Part shown: in pieces, positions 25,292-38,800 of the stretch | Layout: every line of letters starts with the position of its first letter | Numbering within the stretch: position 1 is the first letter of the stretch | Translations under genes and position numbers: made by a program | Assembly: GCA_964016885.1 (NCBI GenBank) | Contig: OZ024744.1 | Location: forward strand, 5,580,001 to 5,644,000 | Direction of reading: 5' to 3' | Source of the DNA: Eledone cirrhosa | Taxonomy: Eukaryota | DNA: 64,000 nucleotides | Notes under the pieces: model-generated | Told to the model about the DNA's origin: nothing | Databases searched by the model: none | Seen by the model: the letters and a program-made list of their open reading frames with translations, nothing else

Positions 25292-25490
25292 TATAAAGAA
25301 AAAGGGATGAAATCGAAAATGCAACTGAAGTCTTATTTTTTTTTAAAATATATATATTTATTTGGTTCCTTTACCGGTTTCGCAGTTCTTCTGCTTTTCA
25401 AAAGGTGAGTTGAGATGGAGGGTCTGTGGTTTTTCTCACATTTAAAAAAAAAATAAGACTTCAGTTGCATTTTCGATTTCATCCCTTTTT

Positions 25491-25497
<7 letters not shown>
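25292..25497. repeat. Fold-back inverted repeat (~55 bp arms), Penelope-type end next to (TA)n
   Basis: tataaagaaaaagggatgaaatcgaaaatgcaactgaagtcttatttt and its reverse complement at 25441-25497. Confidence 0.85.
25368..25405 (-). ncRNA. Minimal type I hammerhead ribozyme fold, U3-A8 variant
   Basis: cctt TTGAAAA gcag-aagaa-ctgc GAAA ccgg TA aagg. Confidence 0.6.
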
Positions 25498-25538
<41 letters not shown>

Positions 25539-25611
25539 GGTGTGGGATGCTTAAAGTGTCCGTATGTGGTAGGCCGTTTGAGCACTCGATGCTTTTACGG
25601 AGCAGAGTATA

Positions 25612-25912
25612 ATATCACATAAGAACCGGAGAATCAATGTCGCGACGAATAAAATGTATTAGACATATTACAATCGTTTCTCTGGCGACCAGTTCGAGGC
25701 ACGATCGATACAATGATCGAACCTGACTCTGAAATCGCAAGGTCCTCAGATACGTCTCGATTCTTCAAAGCAGAGTTCCCATTTGCAAATTCTGGTTTTC
25801 AGAGTCAGGTTCGATCATTGCATCGATCGTGCCTCAAACTGGTCGCCAGAGAAACGATTGTAATATGTCTAATAAATTTTATTCGTCGCAACACTGATTC
25901 TCCGGTTCTTAT

Positions 25913-25919
<7 letters not shown>
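25612..25919. repeat. Fold-back inverted repeat (~122 bp arms)
   Basis: atatcacataagaaccggagaatca...ctgactctgaaa vs tttcagagtcag...tgattctccggttcttatgtgatat, few mismatches; abuts (TA)n. Confidence 0.9.
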
Positions 25920-26650
<731 letters not shown>

Positions 26651-27691
26651 TAAAACGACTCCCATAGGAAGATGGAATGGATGAACCAAAGCCATACAGA
26701 CACCCCAAAACAACGATCAGGGGAGAAAAATGGTCGCGCATGCAATAGTATTAAAACTGCCCTAAAGGGCCATATGTTTAAATTTAACGAAAAGATCTAC
26801 TCCCAGAATGAGGGAGCAGTCACTGGCGTCAGCATAGCTGACATCGTCGTCAACCTATTTATGGTGTGGAGGGAGAGGAGACTCAGAGAACTAGAAGAGA
26901 ACTCCATAGCCCTCGTCATGTACTCTCGTTACATAGACGATATCAATATAGTAATCAGAACACCCCCACAAGAGAGTACCAATAAACCCAAATAAGAAAC
27001 TAACACAATGGCGAGCATCCAGCAGATAGCTAACTCCTTACACCTGAACATAACTGTAACTATCGACTACCCTTCCAAACACCCTAACAATAGAATACCA
27101 GTATTAGATACGGGACTCTGGTTAAACACTATAAACGAGAAAACCCAAATTCTCCACTCACACTATGCTAAACCCATGGCCTCCAAATACCTGATACTCA
27201 AAAACTCAGCAATGTCCAGTAGTGCTAAGTTTAATATCCTGATCGCAGACTTGGTACGAGTGATGAAGAATGTGTCCCGCATGTGTGACCCAACAGAAAT
27301 GGAAAGACACGTACAACACTTCATCAACCGCATGCAGTTCTCTGGCTACAACCAAAGAGACAGAGTCAGAGTATACAAAGAAGCCACAGAGAAATATAAG
27401 ATCGTCATAGAGATGGACATCAAAGGGATTTGTCTATTGTACAGGAGCAAATCATGGAATAGCATAGATAAATCTAAACATAAGATAGGGAAAGCCACTT
27501 CATGGTACGACAATCAGAGATACCAGAGTGGATGCAAGCCCTGGAGGGCTAAGCAATGTAGAAAGACCCTAAGATAGACCCATCTAAAGATTAAAGTGGT
27601 AGAAAAGCCAGGAACTACCACAAAACCCTTTATCAACAAAACATACCCCTTTAAGAAAGCCCGCTGTACTAATAAGAAATGTGTTATACCA

Positions 27692-28653
27692 TCTATATAT
27701 ATAAAACTGTGGTTGTCTGTCTGTCTATCGATTTTTGGCACACATCTCCTCTTAGAATCTCTCACGGAATTGCACCGAAATTGCTATACTTGTACATTGA
27801 GCCCTAGCGAAGACATCGGAAAAATAAATTTCAAATTGACCCACCCTATGTGACGAAATCGAATATAATGTATAGATTTTTGAGCGTAAGTTATCAGTTA
27901 TTTCCCTTTGTTCTGTTTACATTGAGCGTCTTACGTAAAAAATTACGCTGGCTTTCTCAGCGTTTCGAACAGTTGTCGAGCCAGCAAAATATTGACCTGC
28001 AAAATTCATCAGTTCGAACACTAAGCTTCCGTTTTGCTTCATTTCCATTTAAAAGCATTTTAAAACAATATTTTTACTTGAAAACAAGTCTATTTAAAGA
28101 CTACGTAAAACAAGCAAATATTTCGTCGTTAGGCGTGCAGACAGACAGTCGTGCAGACAGACAGTCGTGCAGAGAGGTGATATAGGCGTGCAGACAGACA
28201 GTCGTGCAGAGAGGTGATATAGGCGTGCAGACAGACAGTCGTGCAGAGAGGTGATATAGGCGTGCAGACAGATAGTCGTGCAGAGAGGTGATATAGGCGT
28301 GCAGACAGACAGTCGTGCAGAGAGGTGATATAGGCGTGCAGACAGACATAACTGATAATTTGGTTACGCTAATGTTTTTCTCTGCGTTGCAGTGTTTACA
28401 TTTTCGATCTTTGTTAATAAATAACCAGTGCAGTTTCTATCCCCAGCATCCTCTTTTGTTATAACATTCGGGTTATCGTTATGTTTTCTTAACTTCATAA
28501 GGCATATTGTTGATTGAGGGAATATTAATCAAAAACACCACATGCAAGTCTGCACAGTAGACACTACAGTTTTTAAGCCAAGAAAGAAACTTAACATTGT
28601 AACTTTAACACAGCTACTGAGCGACCCCGAGCAACGCCGGGCTTTACTGCTAG
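27692..28653 (+). mobile_element. Non-autonomous Helitron, family A copy 1
   Basis: A|TCTATATATATAAA start; CCCGAGCAACGCCGGG hairpin then CTAG|T; internal 37-bp minisatellite. Confidence 0.85.
28131..28348. repeat. 37-bp minisatellite AGGCGTGCAGACAGACAGTCGTGCAGAGAGGTGATAT (also 29449-29666)
   Basis: ~5-6 contiguous units with no spacers, inside both Helitron A copies. Confidence 0.9.
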
Positions 28654-28656
28654 TCA

Positions 28657-30816
28657 TCTATAAAAGGCAGATTGTTGTTGTTGTGTGTGTGTATGCATGT
28701 TCCATGTTTATACATTTGCACAATCTCAAACCGATTCGACTCAAAATCTGTAAGAATGTTGTAAATGGTCTAACTTAGGTCAACGATAATTACAGAAATC
28801 TATATATATAAAACTAAGGTTGTCTGTCTATCGATTTTGGCACACATCTCCTCTTAGAATCTCTCACGGAATTGCACCGAAATTGCTATACTTGTACATT
28901 GAGCCCTAGCGAAGACATCGGGAAAAAAATATTTCAAATTGACCCGCCCTATCTGACGAAATCGAATATAATGTATCGATTTTTGAGCGTAAGTGATCAG
29001 TTATTTCCCTTTGTTCTGTTTACATTCAGCGTAGCGTCTTACGTTCTCTTTACATTTTCTGCGTGCAAAAATTAAAAAAATGATTTCCCTTTGTTCTGTT
29101 TACATTCAGCGTAGCGTCTTACGTTCTGTTTACATTTTCTGCGTGCAAAAATTAAAAAAATTACGCTGGCAAAAATTAAAAAAATTACGCTGGCTTTCTC
29201 AGCGTTTAAAATGACATTAACACAATACACGAACAGTTGTCGAGCCAGCAAAATTTTGACCTGCAAAATTCATCAGTTCGAACACTAAGCTTCCGTTTTG
29301 CTTCATTTCCATTTAAAAGCCTTTTAAAACAATATTTTTACTTGAAAACAAGTCTATTTAAAGACTACGTAAAACAAGCAAATATTTCGTAAAAAAAAGC
29401 AAAAATTATATAAGTTAATTTAAAATATATGTATCTGTAAATTTCGTTAGGCGTGCAGACAGACAGTCGTGCAGACAGACAGTCGTGCAGAGAGGTGATA
29501 TAGGCGTGCAGACAGACAGTCGTGCAGAGAGGTGATATAGGCGTGCAGACAGACAGTCGTGCAGAGAGGTGATATAGGCATGCAGACAGACAGTCGTGCA
29601 GAGAGGTGATATAGGCGTGCAGACAGACAGTCGTGCAGAGAGGTGATATAGGCGTGCAGACAGACATAACTGATAATTTGGTTACGCTAATGTTTTTCTC
29701 TGCGTTGCAGTGTTTACATTTTCGATCTTTGTTAATAAATAACCAGTGCAGTTTCTATCCCCAGCATCCTCTTTTGTTATAACATTCGGGTTATCGTTAT
29801 GTTTTCTTAACTTCATAAGGCATATTGTTGGTTGAGGGAATATTAATCAAAAACACCACATGCAAGTCTGCACAGTAGACACTACAGTTTTTAAGCCAAA
29901 AAAGAAACTTAACATTGTAACTTTAACACAGCTACTGAGCGACCCCGAGCAACGCCGGGCTTTACTGCTAGTAATCGATAAAACTAAATACCTGACGCTT
30001 TACCCCTCTAATACAATCAGAATTACTCTCTCTACTCCCCTTAAAATTCGATAAAACTACATACATGCTTACAAACTTCCTTTAGGAACGCCGAAGAGAG
30101 AGAGAAGAGAGGGAGAGGGAGAGAAAGAGAACGTTTATTTTTGAGTGTGGAACAGTCAAACATTTATTTACTTCAATGACAAAGAGAACTTATTACATTT
30201 CATACGAAACAACAATTATTCAAAAGCAACAGATAAATTTATTTAACAACAAAAAACATAGCGATAAATCTTTTTTAAAACATCTATCAACGAACGTGGA
30301 AGAAAGAAGTATCAGTCCATTTACTATACACAATAATATCCTCTATGAGGTCACTAAACCTGCTAGAAACAGCAGCTAACTCTCCCCCATATCACACCCC
30401 TCCCTACTATCTTAAATTTAGAAAACATATATTCTACGAGGTCACTAAACCTGCTAGAAACAGCAGCTAACTCTCCCCCATATCACACCCCTCCCTACTG
30501 TCTTAAATTTAGAAAACACACATTAGACAACCATGTAGAACAACTCCATCGCAGCTCTGTTGTTTCTGCTGGCATCTTCTACGCGTGTGTTGCGCAAGTA
30601 CTGTGAAACAATAAATTTCAACACTTCTTTGCACAGAGATAATATCCATAGGCGAAACTACAATTGTCACTGCTGGTGCAGCTCCTGCTTCAGCAGTCGA
30701 GGTCTGCAATTTATTCACCCAGTGCCTGGCAGACAAAAAAGTGCTGCCATAAAATGGGTGGTGCAACCTAACTTTGTAACTTACTGACCCCGAGCAACGC
30801 CAGGCTTTAATGCTAG
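28657..30816 (+). mobile_element. Non-autonomous Helitron, family B (hosts copy A2; ~92 bp tandem duplication at ~30343-30520)
   Basis: A|TCTAT start; ends gaccccgagcaacgccaggctttaatgCTAG|T. Confidence 0.7.
28799..29971 (+). mobile_element. Non-autonomous Helitron, family A copy 2
   Basis: Near-identical to 27692-28653; TC start, hairpin + CTAG end, inserted between A and T with no TSD. Confidence 0.85.
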
Positions 30817-31372
30817 TGTGTAATAAATCCATAAATAAATTGTAAAACTAGAAATGTAATCAATAGCATAAGATGTACAGAGGGTTCTTTCAGAAACATG
30901 ACAACGACATACATAGGTGAGACAGCCCGTAGCATAGGTTAAAGAATAAACCAACACTGGAGGTGAACTAAACGTACAAAAAGATGGTTCAGTACTATAT
31001 GAACACACCAGACAAAGACATGATGGTAATATAGACAACATAGAAATTAAAATACTATCTAAACTTAGAAATAACTCAACAGGTAGACAAATCAGAGATA
31101 GAACTAAGAAGACCGAAGTTGAACAGAAAGAACGAATGGAATAACAACAACCTTACCCAAACAATACTGACTTAAGGGAACTATAAATAAATAAATATAT
31201 ACACAAGTACAGTAACAACAAACACATATAAACACACTCTAGTGAACAAAGATAGAATACAAAAACCAAAACATATACACTCACACACGAACACACACAC
31301 CAAACAGGAAACACACACACCAAACATTATACACACACGCAAACGCATACACAAACAGAGACAGAGACCTAA

Positions 31373-31427
<55 letters not shown>

Positions 31428-31845
31428 AATAAAAATGGCGTAGGCATTACAACACAAACGGAGGAAACATAATAGTACCACTGATGATGTCAGAAATGTG
31501 TGACGAAATAACTTTGATAGACTATATATATATATTTATATCTGTATTTTTAACCGTTGGTCAGTCAGTGATAAACATTGATTGCCAAATGAATTAACTG
31601 TGGAGATATAAAAGATGCAGAAGCGAAAACCAACCAAACAGTGAGTGTGTTCCGTTATTTCTGGCAATATTATAACAATATGACCCTCCCCAAGTATAAT
31701 AATTATATATATATATATATATATACACACACCCACACTCTCACACGCATATATATATTTATTAAAATAGCAGATTAAAGTCTAAGCAAAGAATCTCTGC
31801 TTTCACCCTTAACGAGCCCTCACATTGATTATTATTACTATATAA

Positions 31846-32015
31846 TTGGGAGCCCCTACATGGACACACTAGAAGAGGAAGACCAAGGTTAACATATGTT
31901 GATGCCCTAAGGACAGACACTGGTCTGTTGGAGATGCAGGATATGGCAGCGATAATGAGGGACAGAGACCGCTGGAGAGAACTCGTCCATGGATCTCGGG
32001 AATTTTACCCGCCTT

Positions 32016-32017
<2 letters not shown>
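31846..32017 (+). mobile_element. 5'-truncated 3' end of the RTE element at 22330-25188, with (TA)n tail
   Basis: Near-identical to 25017-25188. Confidence 0.9.
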
Positions 32018-32049
<32 letters not shown>

Positions 32050-32077
32050 GTAAGTGTGGGCTTTTCGAATATTAATA

Positions 32078-32188
32078 ATTGTTTCTACTTTGATACAAGG
32101 CCAGCAATTACCCAGTACATTACTGGTACTTTATTTTATCGGCCTCGTAAGGATGAAAGGCAAAGTTAACCTCGGCGGGATTTGAACT
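32078..32188 (-). mobile_element. SINE fragment (59701 family); further pieces at ~33780-33820 and 34518-34612
   Basis: Reverse complement of gttcaaatcccgccgagg...cctttcatccttacg...gtagaaacaatt. Confidence 0.75.
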
Positions 32189-32294
32189 ATTAATAATAAT
32201 ATTCGATTCGTTTGCAATTATGCAAACAGCTTCTTAAGACATGTCAGTAGAAGGACCTCGTCATTCTTGCTCTTGTGTTGGCATATAAATAGAA

Positions 32295-32338
32295 CTGTAG
32301 ACACTAATGTTTCTGGGTATCACCCTTCATCAGTACAG
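32295..32338 (-). ncRNA. Type I hammerhead ribozyme fold, next to an imperfect fold-back (32359-32515)
   Basis: ctgta CTGATGA a-gggt-gat-accc-a GAAA cattagtg TC tacag. Confidence 0.65.
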
Positions 32339-32523
32339 CTCACTGTTCACCTGCCAACTGTCAGAGCTAGTGAAAATATATATTTTCTGGAATATACAGT
32401 GACTGATCGGTCATTTATCGTTCGTATACAGGAAACTGACTGGCCAGTCTGCTGATATGCAAATCAGGCCGATCAGTATTTTAGAAAATATCATATATTT
32501 TCTCTAGTTCTGACATGTGGCAG

Positions 32524-32930
32524 GTGTGTGCCTGTGTCTGTGTGTGTGTGTGTCTGTGTGTCTGTGTGTCTGTGTCTGTGTGTGTCTGTGTGTCTGTGTG
32601 TCTGTGTGTCTGTGTGTCTGTGTGTGTGAGTGTCGTGTATTTGTGTATGTGAGAGCGTGTATGTGTGAGAGTGTGTGTGTGAGAGAGAGTGAGTGGTGGT
32701 ATGTTAGACAGTGTATGTGTGAGAGAGTGTGTTTTAGTGAGAGTTGTTAAGATTTGTCATTATTGTGAGGGGGCTTTAGGAGTTTTTAAATATAAGTATG
32801 CTGAGTTCATTACAAATCACATCCTGTGTTAAAAATTGTTAATAGAGCCTGTGTGTGTGAGTGTCTGTCTGTGTGCGTGTGAGTGTGTGTGTGTGTTTCT
32901 GTGTGTGTGTGAGAGTGTCAATGTGTGCGT
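32524..32930. repeat. (TG)/(TCTG)-rich microsatellite region
   Basis: Visible directly. Confidence 0.85.
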
Positions 32931-32944
32931 CTCTAGATTGACAA

Positions 32945-33775
32945 AACAGAATACAAATTTGTGCTCTGTGTAATCGACTACCTTGAATTGTGGACAACTT
33001 ATACTAGACTTATCTATTTCCCTACAAAATATCCTATATAGATATCATCTGGATGACCCGATGCGGTTTGTCCATGTCCACACTGGCACATTCGGGAAAT
33101 CCAGACAGTACCTGTCAGACAGTTGGAAGTTTTCTGAGCAGGCTCGCGTGGCTTTTACACCCTCTTCCTCTGTTAGTCTCATACAGTCCCAGCATCCAAG
33201 ATACCGTTCCAGTCGCCCACTAACACTAAAGAGTGGGACGTTCCTAGAAAGGTCTCAAGGCATCTGAAGATATCAGGCCGACCCACCCCTGTTGGGGCAT
33301 AGGCAGCCACTAGCCTGAAAGCATAGCCTTCGTTGCTGGTCATGTCCAGCACCACTAACTTACCTTCTGGATCCAGGAAGATGGTCCGTATCACGAGATC
33401 AAAGCCACTCCGAAATACAGCAACTCCTCCTCTACATCGGGGACGGATTAGAGAAGCGTACACCTCGTAGTCGCCGAAGATGGGTGCGAAATTTCGTGTG
33501 TTGGAAATTCAGGTCTCGCTGTTGGCCACCACATCTATGTTTAGTGAACTGAGGTCGTTGTGCAGGCGACCCTACTTCCATGACGATCCCAAGTCACGTG
33601 TATTTACACTGTCTATCTTGAAAGAAGCCATGTTGGATAACGAAGGGTGGGAAAGGCCACCTACCTTAGTCTTTTGGAAGAAAGACGGTTGCCCCCCCCC
33701 TGGTCAGATATGGGTTTGTTTGCAAGTATGTATCCATATATCCTTCTGGAGAGTGTCCTTCGGTCAGGCACCTTC
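32945..33775 (-). mobile_element. Tx1/L1 fragment (ORF1 end + APE domain)
   Basis: GGVAVFR..DPEGKLVVLD..AYAPTG..VGDWNGILD; homologous to 47600-48400. Confidence 0.85.
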
Positions 33776-34010
33776 AAATAATTGTTTCTACTTTTGACAC
33801 AAGGCCAGCAATTATCCCAGACACCTTCAAATAATAAAGGAAGAACATATTTGAAAATATAGTCTATAACATAGAAAAAATTGTCAACAGAAGAATGTCT
33901 ATGACGAGGTCTTAAGAGTCGAGGAGTACACCACTATGCATGTTTGTTGTGCAGGCTAAAAAGAGCAGACACTGTCCCTGATGTCAACCAAATAAGGAAG
34001 ACTAAATACA

Positions 34011-34360
34011 TCATGTATACATCGCTATTTCAGAGCACCAATCCTAATACCTAATTTTTGCTGGACCGGCAATCGCTCTGTGTAATCAGCTCCTGATTAT
34101 TACTGCAATTCTATAAGAATCCAGCTTCTATAATTGTCGGCGGAAGCAGGGCGTGCGTGGCTTTGATAAACGCCAGCAAGCGAGAAACAGCTGTCAGCCA
34201 TTCTCCCAGCCTCTGCTGAAAAGAAGTAAGTGACATAGTCACTATTTTAAAACTGATAGCATATGGTCTTCTAAATGTTTTTAGTTAAACATACGGTATA
34301 TTACCAAATATACTATACATACATTCATGTATACATCGCTATTTCAGAACACCAATACTA

Positions 34361-34362
<2 letters not shown>
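34011..34362 (+). mobile_element. ~314 bp monomer with terminal redundancy containing a hammerhead (retrozyme-like or Penelope pLTR)
   Basis: tcatgtatacatcgctatttcaga at 34011 and 34325; homologous to the 63559-64000 repeat in a different register. Confidence 0.65.
34158..34200 (+). ncRNA. Minimal type I hammerhead ribozyme fold, U3-A8 variant
   Basis: tggct TTGATAA a-cgc-cagcaa-gcg-a GAAA cagctg TC agcca; palindromic stem III. Confidence 0.7.
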
Positions 34363-34392
<30 letters not shown>

Positions 34393-35339
34393 ATGTATGT
34401 ATACGTGTGTGTATATTTATATGGGTGCGTGTTTGTGTATGTGTGTATGTTCAAAATAATACTTATGTGCTCTAAATAGCGATTTTCATGTAATCACTCA
34501 TTAAATAACGGAGATTAATAATTGTTTCTACTTTAGGCACAAGGCCAGCAATTACCCAGTGCATTACTGGTACTTTATTTTATCGACCCCGTAAGGATGA
34601 AAGGCAAAGTCAATTAATAATGTTACTCGGAGTTTTGTGACGACGTTAAATACTCAACTATCTGCCATGTTATATAAATCACAATATATAATATATACGA
34701 TTATATACTGTGAATATTTTATTTTGGGGGAGCGTCGCCTCTGATAAGATCAAATGAGGAGGTCTTGCTTTAATAAAAAGGTTAGGATGAATCATGTTTA
34801 CATAATGAGGAGCACGTGTTTGTTAAGCTAAATTTCTTCATAAACACAGGCCCATAACCTTCTTCAATATAGTTTTATTACAACCAGCCTTGCTGCGTTC
34901 ATCTACCATTTATGCAAATACTGTACATACAAGGCAATTGTTTATAACACTTTTGTGAATGTTATACCGTGTTGTTCACTCAACGATTAAATTCACTAGC
35001 ATATATAAAAGCTAACGTTAATATTATCTTTTGTTTTTTCAGCTAATTCCTTTTGAAATTTCTGTTTTGGTTTTTAACGCTAAATATTATGTTCAATAAT
35101 AGGAAATTCGGCAATAAAATTTTCTATTAAACTGTTCAGGTACTTGAAAGTGTAGGACTATTAATTCTCTGACTGATATTTTATCTGAATTATTCATAAT
35201 ATGATCTAATAAATAAAGTAACAAAAGCGTCTAGAAATAAGTAAGTCTTCTTTCAAAGATGTTTCTTAAATGCATCTTTCAGTTTCGGTTTTAAGGAAAT
35301 CACAACAATTGAACAAAGAAGTATTCCATTCTCCATGTC

Positions 35340-36046
35340 TTTCTTTCTATATTGTTTTATTGAACAACCACGGCAACGTTCTACAAATTATTCAAACTTT
35401 ATTCAATAATATTTCATCAATAGCTTAGCAAGAAGATGAAGATAAACAACCTTTATCTTGTTAACAGAAGAGGTGGAGTTCTATGAGCTTGAAGACCTGT
35501 TTCAACTATGTGCGACATTGTGAAAAAGCTAAAGTCACACGGGTGCCATTTTCGTGCAGAGGCAAACAGATGCAGCGAGAGTAGCAACAGGCATACCAGC
35601 ATGGTGGAATTCCAGAGAGGTCTCATCGTGAATGGCTATCTTATTTCTCTTATCATCGAAATGTCAAGGCAGCAACACAAAAAAGAATACAGAGGACATG
35701 CGCTTTCAGAAGTCATATATGTTACCTCATTTGAATGAGAAGACGACAGCTGCAATCAGACAAGGTATCCGTAGAAGGAACATGAATATATAACTACCAC
35801 ACTGGAGACCCTCATGTAGGAGACTGCGCCACAGACACTGACCTACAAACAGCGATATATGCATACTTCCTGTTTCACCAAAAACGTAGAAGTGTGCACG
35901 AGAGCGTATATTGTCTACAAGGACATATGTAAAAGATATAGCTTCTCCTACATCAGTAGCGTCCAGATGCTGCACATACAGATGAAAGAACAATGATGAC
36001 GAGATGTTCTTCTGTTAACAAACATCTTCACCATTGCCCACCCCTG
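35340..36046 (+). mobile_element. Possible decayed hAT DNA transposon 3' end
   Basis: Ends TTGCCCACCCCTG (CAGGGGTGGGCAA-type TIR); weak ERILST-like remnant; partner TIR not found. Confidence 0.3.
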
Positions 36047-36053
36047 TGTGTGT

Positions 36054-36133
<80 letters not shown>

Positions 36134-37137
36134 GTGTATGTGTGTGTGCGCGTGTGTATGCACGCGCACACATGTGTGTGTACGTATCTGTATGTATATA
36201 TGTCTTTGTATTTCTTAGCTGACAAAAATGAGTTTTACCTATTATTCAAAGGGGACATGTACCCAAATATATGACACCTGTGTGTGTTTCCCACACCGAA
36301 CATGAAAAAGTGTCTGTAGTTTGTCAGCTTGATTAAGCCTGGGATTTCGTTCAACCCTTTCCAAATCTCTTGGACTCAGCAGCTCCATTCCAGTTCCTGA
36401 CGAGTCCCATGAACACACAGTTTTTTGTTAATCAGAATAGCTGCTAGCAACCTTCATATGTTAGGTTCTATATACACTGCCATCACCTGATCCCCTAACT
36501 GGCCCCTAACTCTGCAACATGATAATATATACCTTGTTCTTTATAAGTGTAATAATGTGACTGCCTATCATGGATGAATATTAACTCTTTGAAACCAAAT
36601 TGCTTGCTGCAGGTGTTGAATGGATTCTGCTATCATACTTCTATGAAACTTCTCTCAACTAGTTTATCTGTTTTTCTAAACTTCTATATTTTACCCAGAT
36701 ACCTCTGCATTAATTCAATACATTTCCCACTATATTACATGCATTGTCACATATTAAACAATGTTTCTGTCTTCTCCTACAAGGCAGAGGGCTTTTTTCA
36801 CTAATTCTTTCTCCATGTTTAATTTTTCTTTTTTTTTTCCTTTGCAGCTTAAATGTACTTATTTGTGTTGTGGTATATTGCTATTGTGGTTTTTTTGTTC
36901 GGTGGATTTGACTGGCATTAAAATATTCTATCCCGTCATCGTGACAGGGCTGGGATAACTTACACCTGCTGCTGTTAAGGAAGCTGCTACGAAACAGTGA
37001 TGTTTGTGCTATTGTTTCTTATTTGTTGAATTGGTTGACTCTCAGCTCATTTAATGGCGAATGTTTTACTATTGTTGGCGATCTTACTGGATGTATTTCG
37101 TAATTGTTTCACTTGTTGCCGCAACTGCCCTCAGTAA

Positions 37138-37345
37138 AATCTAATGATCAGCTCCTTTCTTCTACCAGGAGTTGTCACTGACAGATGGTATCAGTAATGG
37201 AAAGACCAATAGAAACATTGTTTCCTTGGTCTGATCTAATAATCAGCTCCTTTCTTCTGCCAGGAGTTGTGACCAACAGATAGTATCAACAATAGAAGGA
37301 TCAATTGTCAAAGGACATTGTCCCCCTGGTCCGATCTCACAATCA
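37138..37345. repeat. Diverged ~95 bp tandem repeat, ~2.2 units
   Basis: atctaat.atcagctcctttcttct.ccaggagttgt occurs twice. Confidence 0.7.
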
Positions 37346-37645
37346 TCATCTTTCCTTTATTTTTGTCTATTAGAAATATTCATTCGAAAGAGGTTTATAA
37401 TCATACATTTTTATATTGTCAAAATCCACAAAATAACTGTAAATGTCTCTTTTACGTCTCTCTTTGGTTAATTTATATAAAGAAATGTCAGGTGAATCTT
37501 GAGATGAAAACAATAAAAAACAACTTTTTAAAATACATTTATTGCGTAGTTCATCTAATTTAGGACTTTGCCCTGGTCTTCTGATGGCATTTAATGGATT
37601 TTAAATTAGAATTTCGTGTTGTTTTATGGGATCCCCCTCTCTCTC

Positions 37646-37673
<28 letters not shown>

Positions 37674-37677
<4 letters not shown>

Positions 37678-37895
37678 AAAATTGATGAGCAGAACAAACA
37701 AACATTAAACCATCCTTTAAATAAATTAAAAAATAATTTAAATATCTACCTGTTCATAATGCTATTACCGGCGGTTTCCATCCACAATGCTATTACCGCC
37801 TGTAATAGCATTATGAACAGGTAGATATTTAAATTATTTTTAATTTATTTAAAGGATTGTTTAATGTTTGTTTGTTCTGCTCATCAATTTTTATA
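37674..37895. repeat. Fold-back inverted repeat (~95 bp arms) next to (TA)n
   Basis: tataaaaattgatgagcagaacaaac...taatgctattac and its reverse complement; minus strand has a GAAA-ccgccgg-TA remnant. Confidence 0.9.
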
Positions 37896-37993
37896 GTTCT
37901 GGTATCTCTAATTAGTACCATAGAACAACAATTATATTGTAGACACCCTATATATCTCAGTGTGTACTTAGTGCTCAATGAGATATTTACCTC

Positions 37994-38092
<99 letters not shown>

Positions 38093-38317
38093 TCTCGAGT
38101 AAAATCCTGTTGGGGTAATTTCTATATTCAACTATGATATATACAAATTATATATATATTATATGTATATACATTTGCACACACAAAACAGGTTTGTTCT
38201 TTAACTTCTTTTAATAATCATGATAATGGTAATGGTGATGGTGATGACGGTGGTGGTGATGATCACGATGATGATGGTGATGAAACTACTACTACTGCTA
38301 CTACTAATAATAATAAT

Positions 38318-38746
38318 GATTTCATTTATTGGCCACAAGGGCCGACATATAGGGGACAATACAAAAGACTGGGACAGTGGGGTTTTACAGAAAAATGGAG
38401 TAAACAATATGAATCACAATAACAAAGTAACAATAAAATTACAAGAAAAAATTCCCAGGGTTCGCTCAGGTACCCCACCAATCCTGAACGACCCGACGCT
38501 TCGAGAGCACCCTGGAAGGGCACCCCCTCTCCTCCTAAAATTTACCTACCTACAGCCGCATTACCAGAGTAGGCCCACTCACACGAGCCATTCTCACCAC
38601 ATTCACCCACCTTTCAGCAAATGAAATGAGAGAGAGGGAGAGAGAGAGAGAGGGAGAGAAATGAAACGAGAGAGAGGGAGAGAGGGAGAGAAATGAAACG
38701 AGAGAGAGAGAGAGAAATGAAACGAGAGAGAGAGAGAGAGAAATGA

Positions 38747-38800
<54 letters not shown>

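Noticed and set aside
28131-29666. 37-bp repeats of CRISPR-like length
   Set aside because: Contiguous units without unique spacers, no cas genes, and located inside Helitrons
31481-31525. Hammerhead core CTGATGA-tgtca..tgac-GAAA downstream of the Penelope ORF
   Set aside because: Stems I and III cannot be closed properly; at best a truncated remnant
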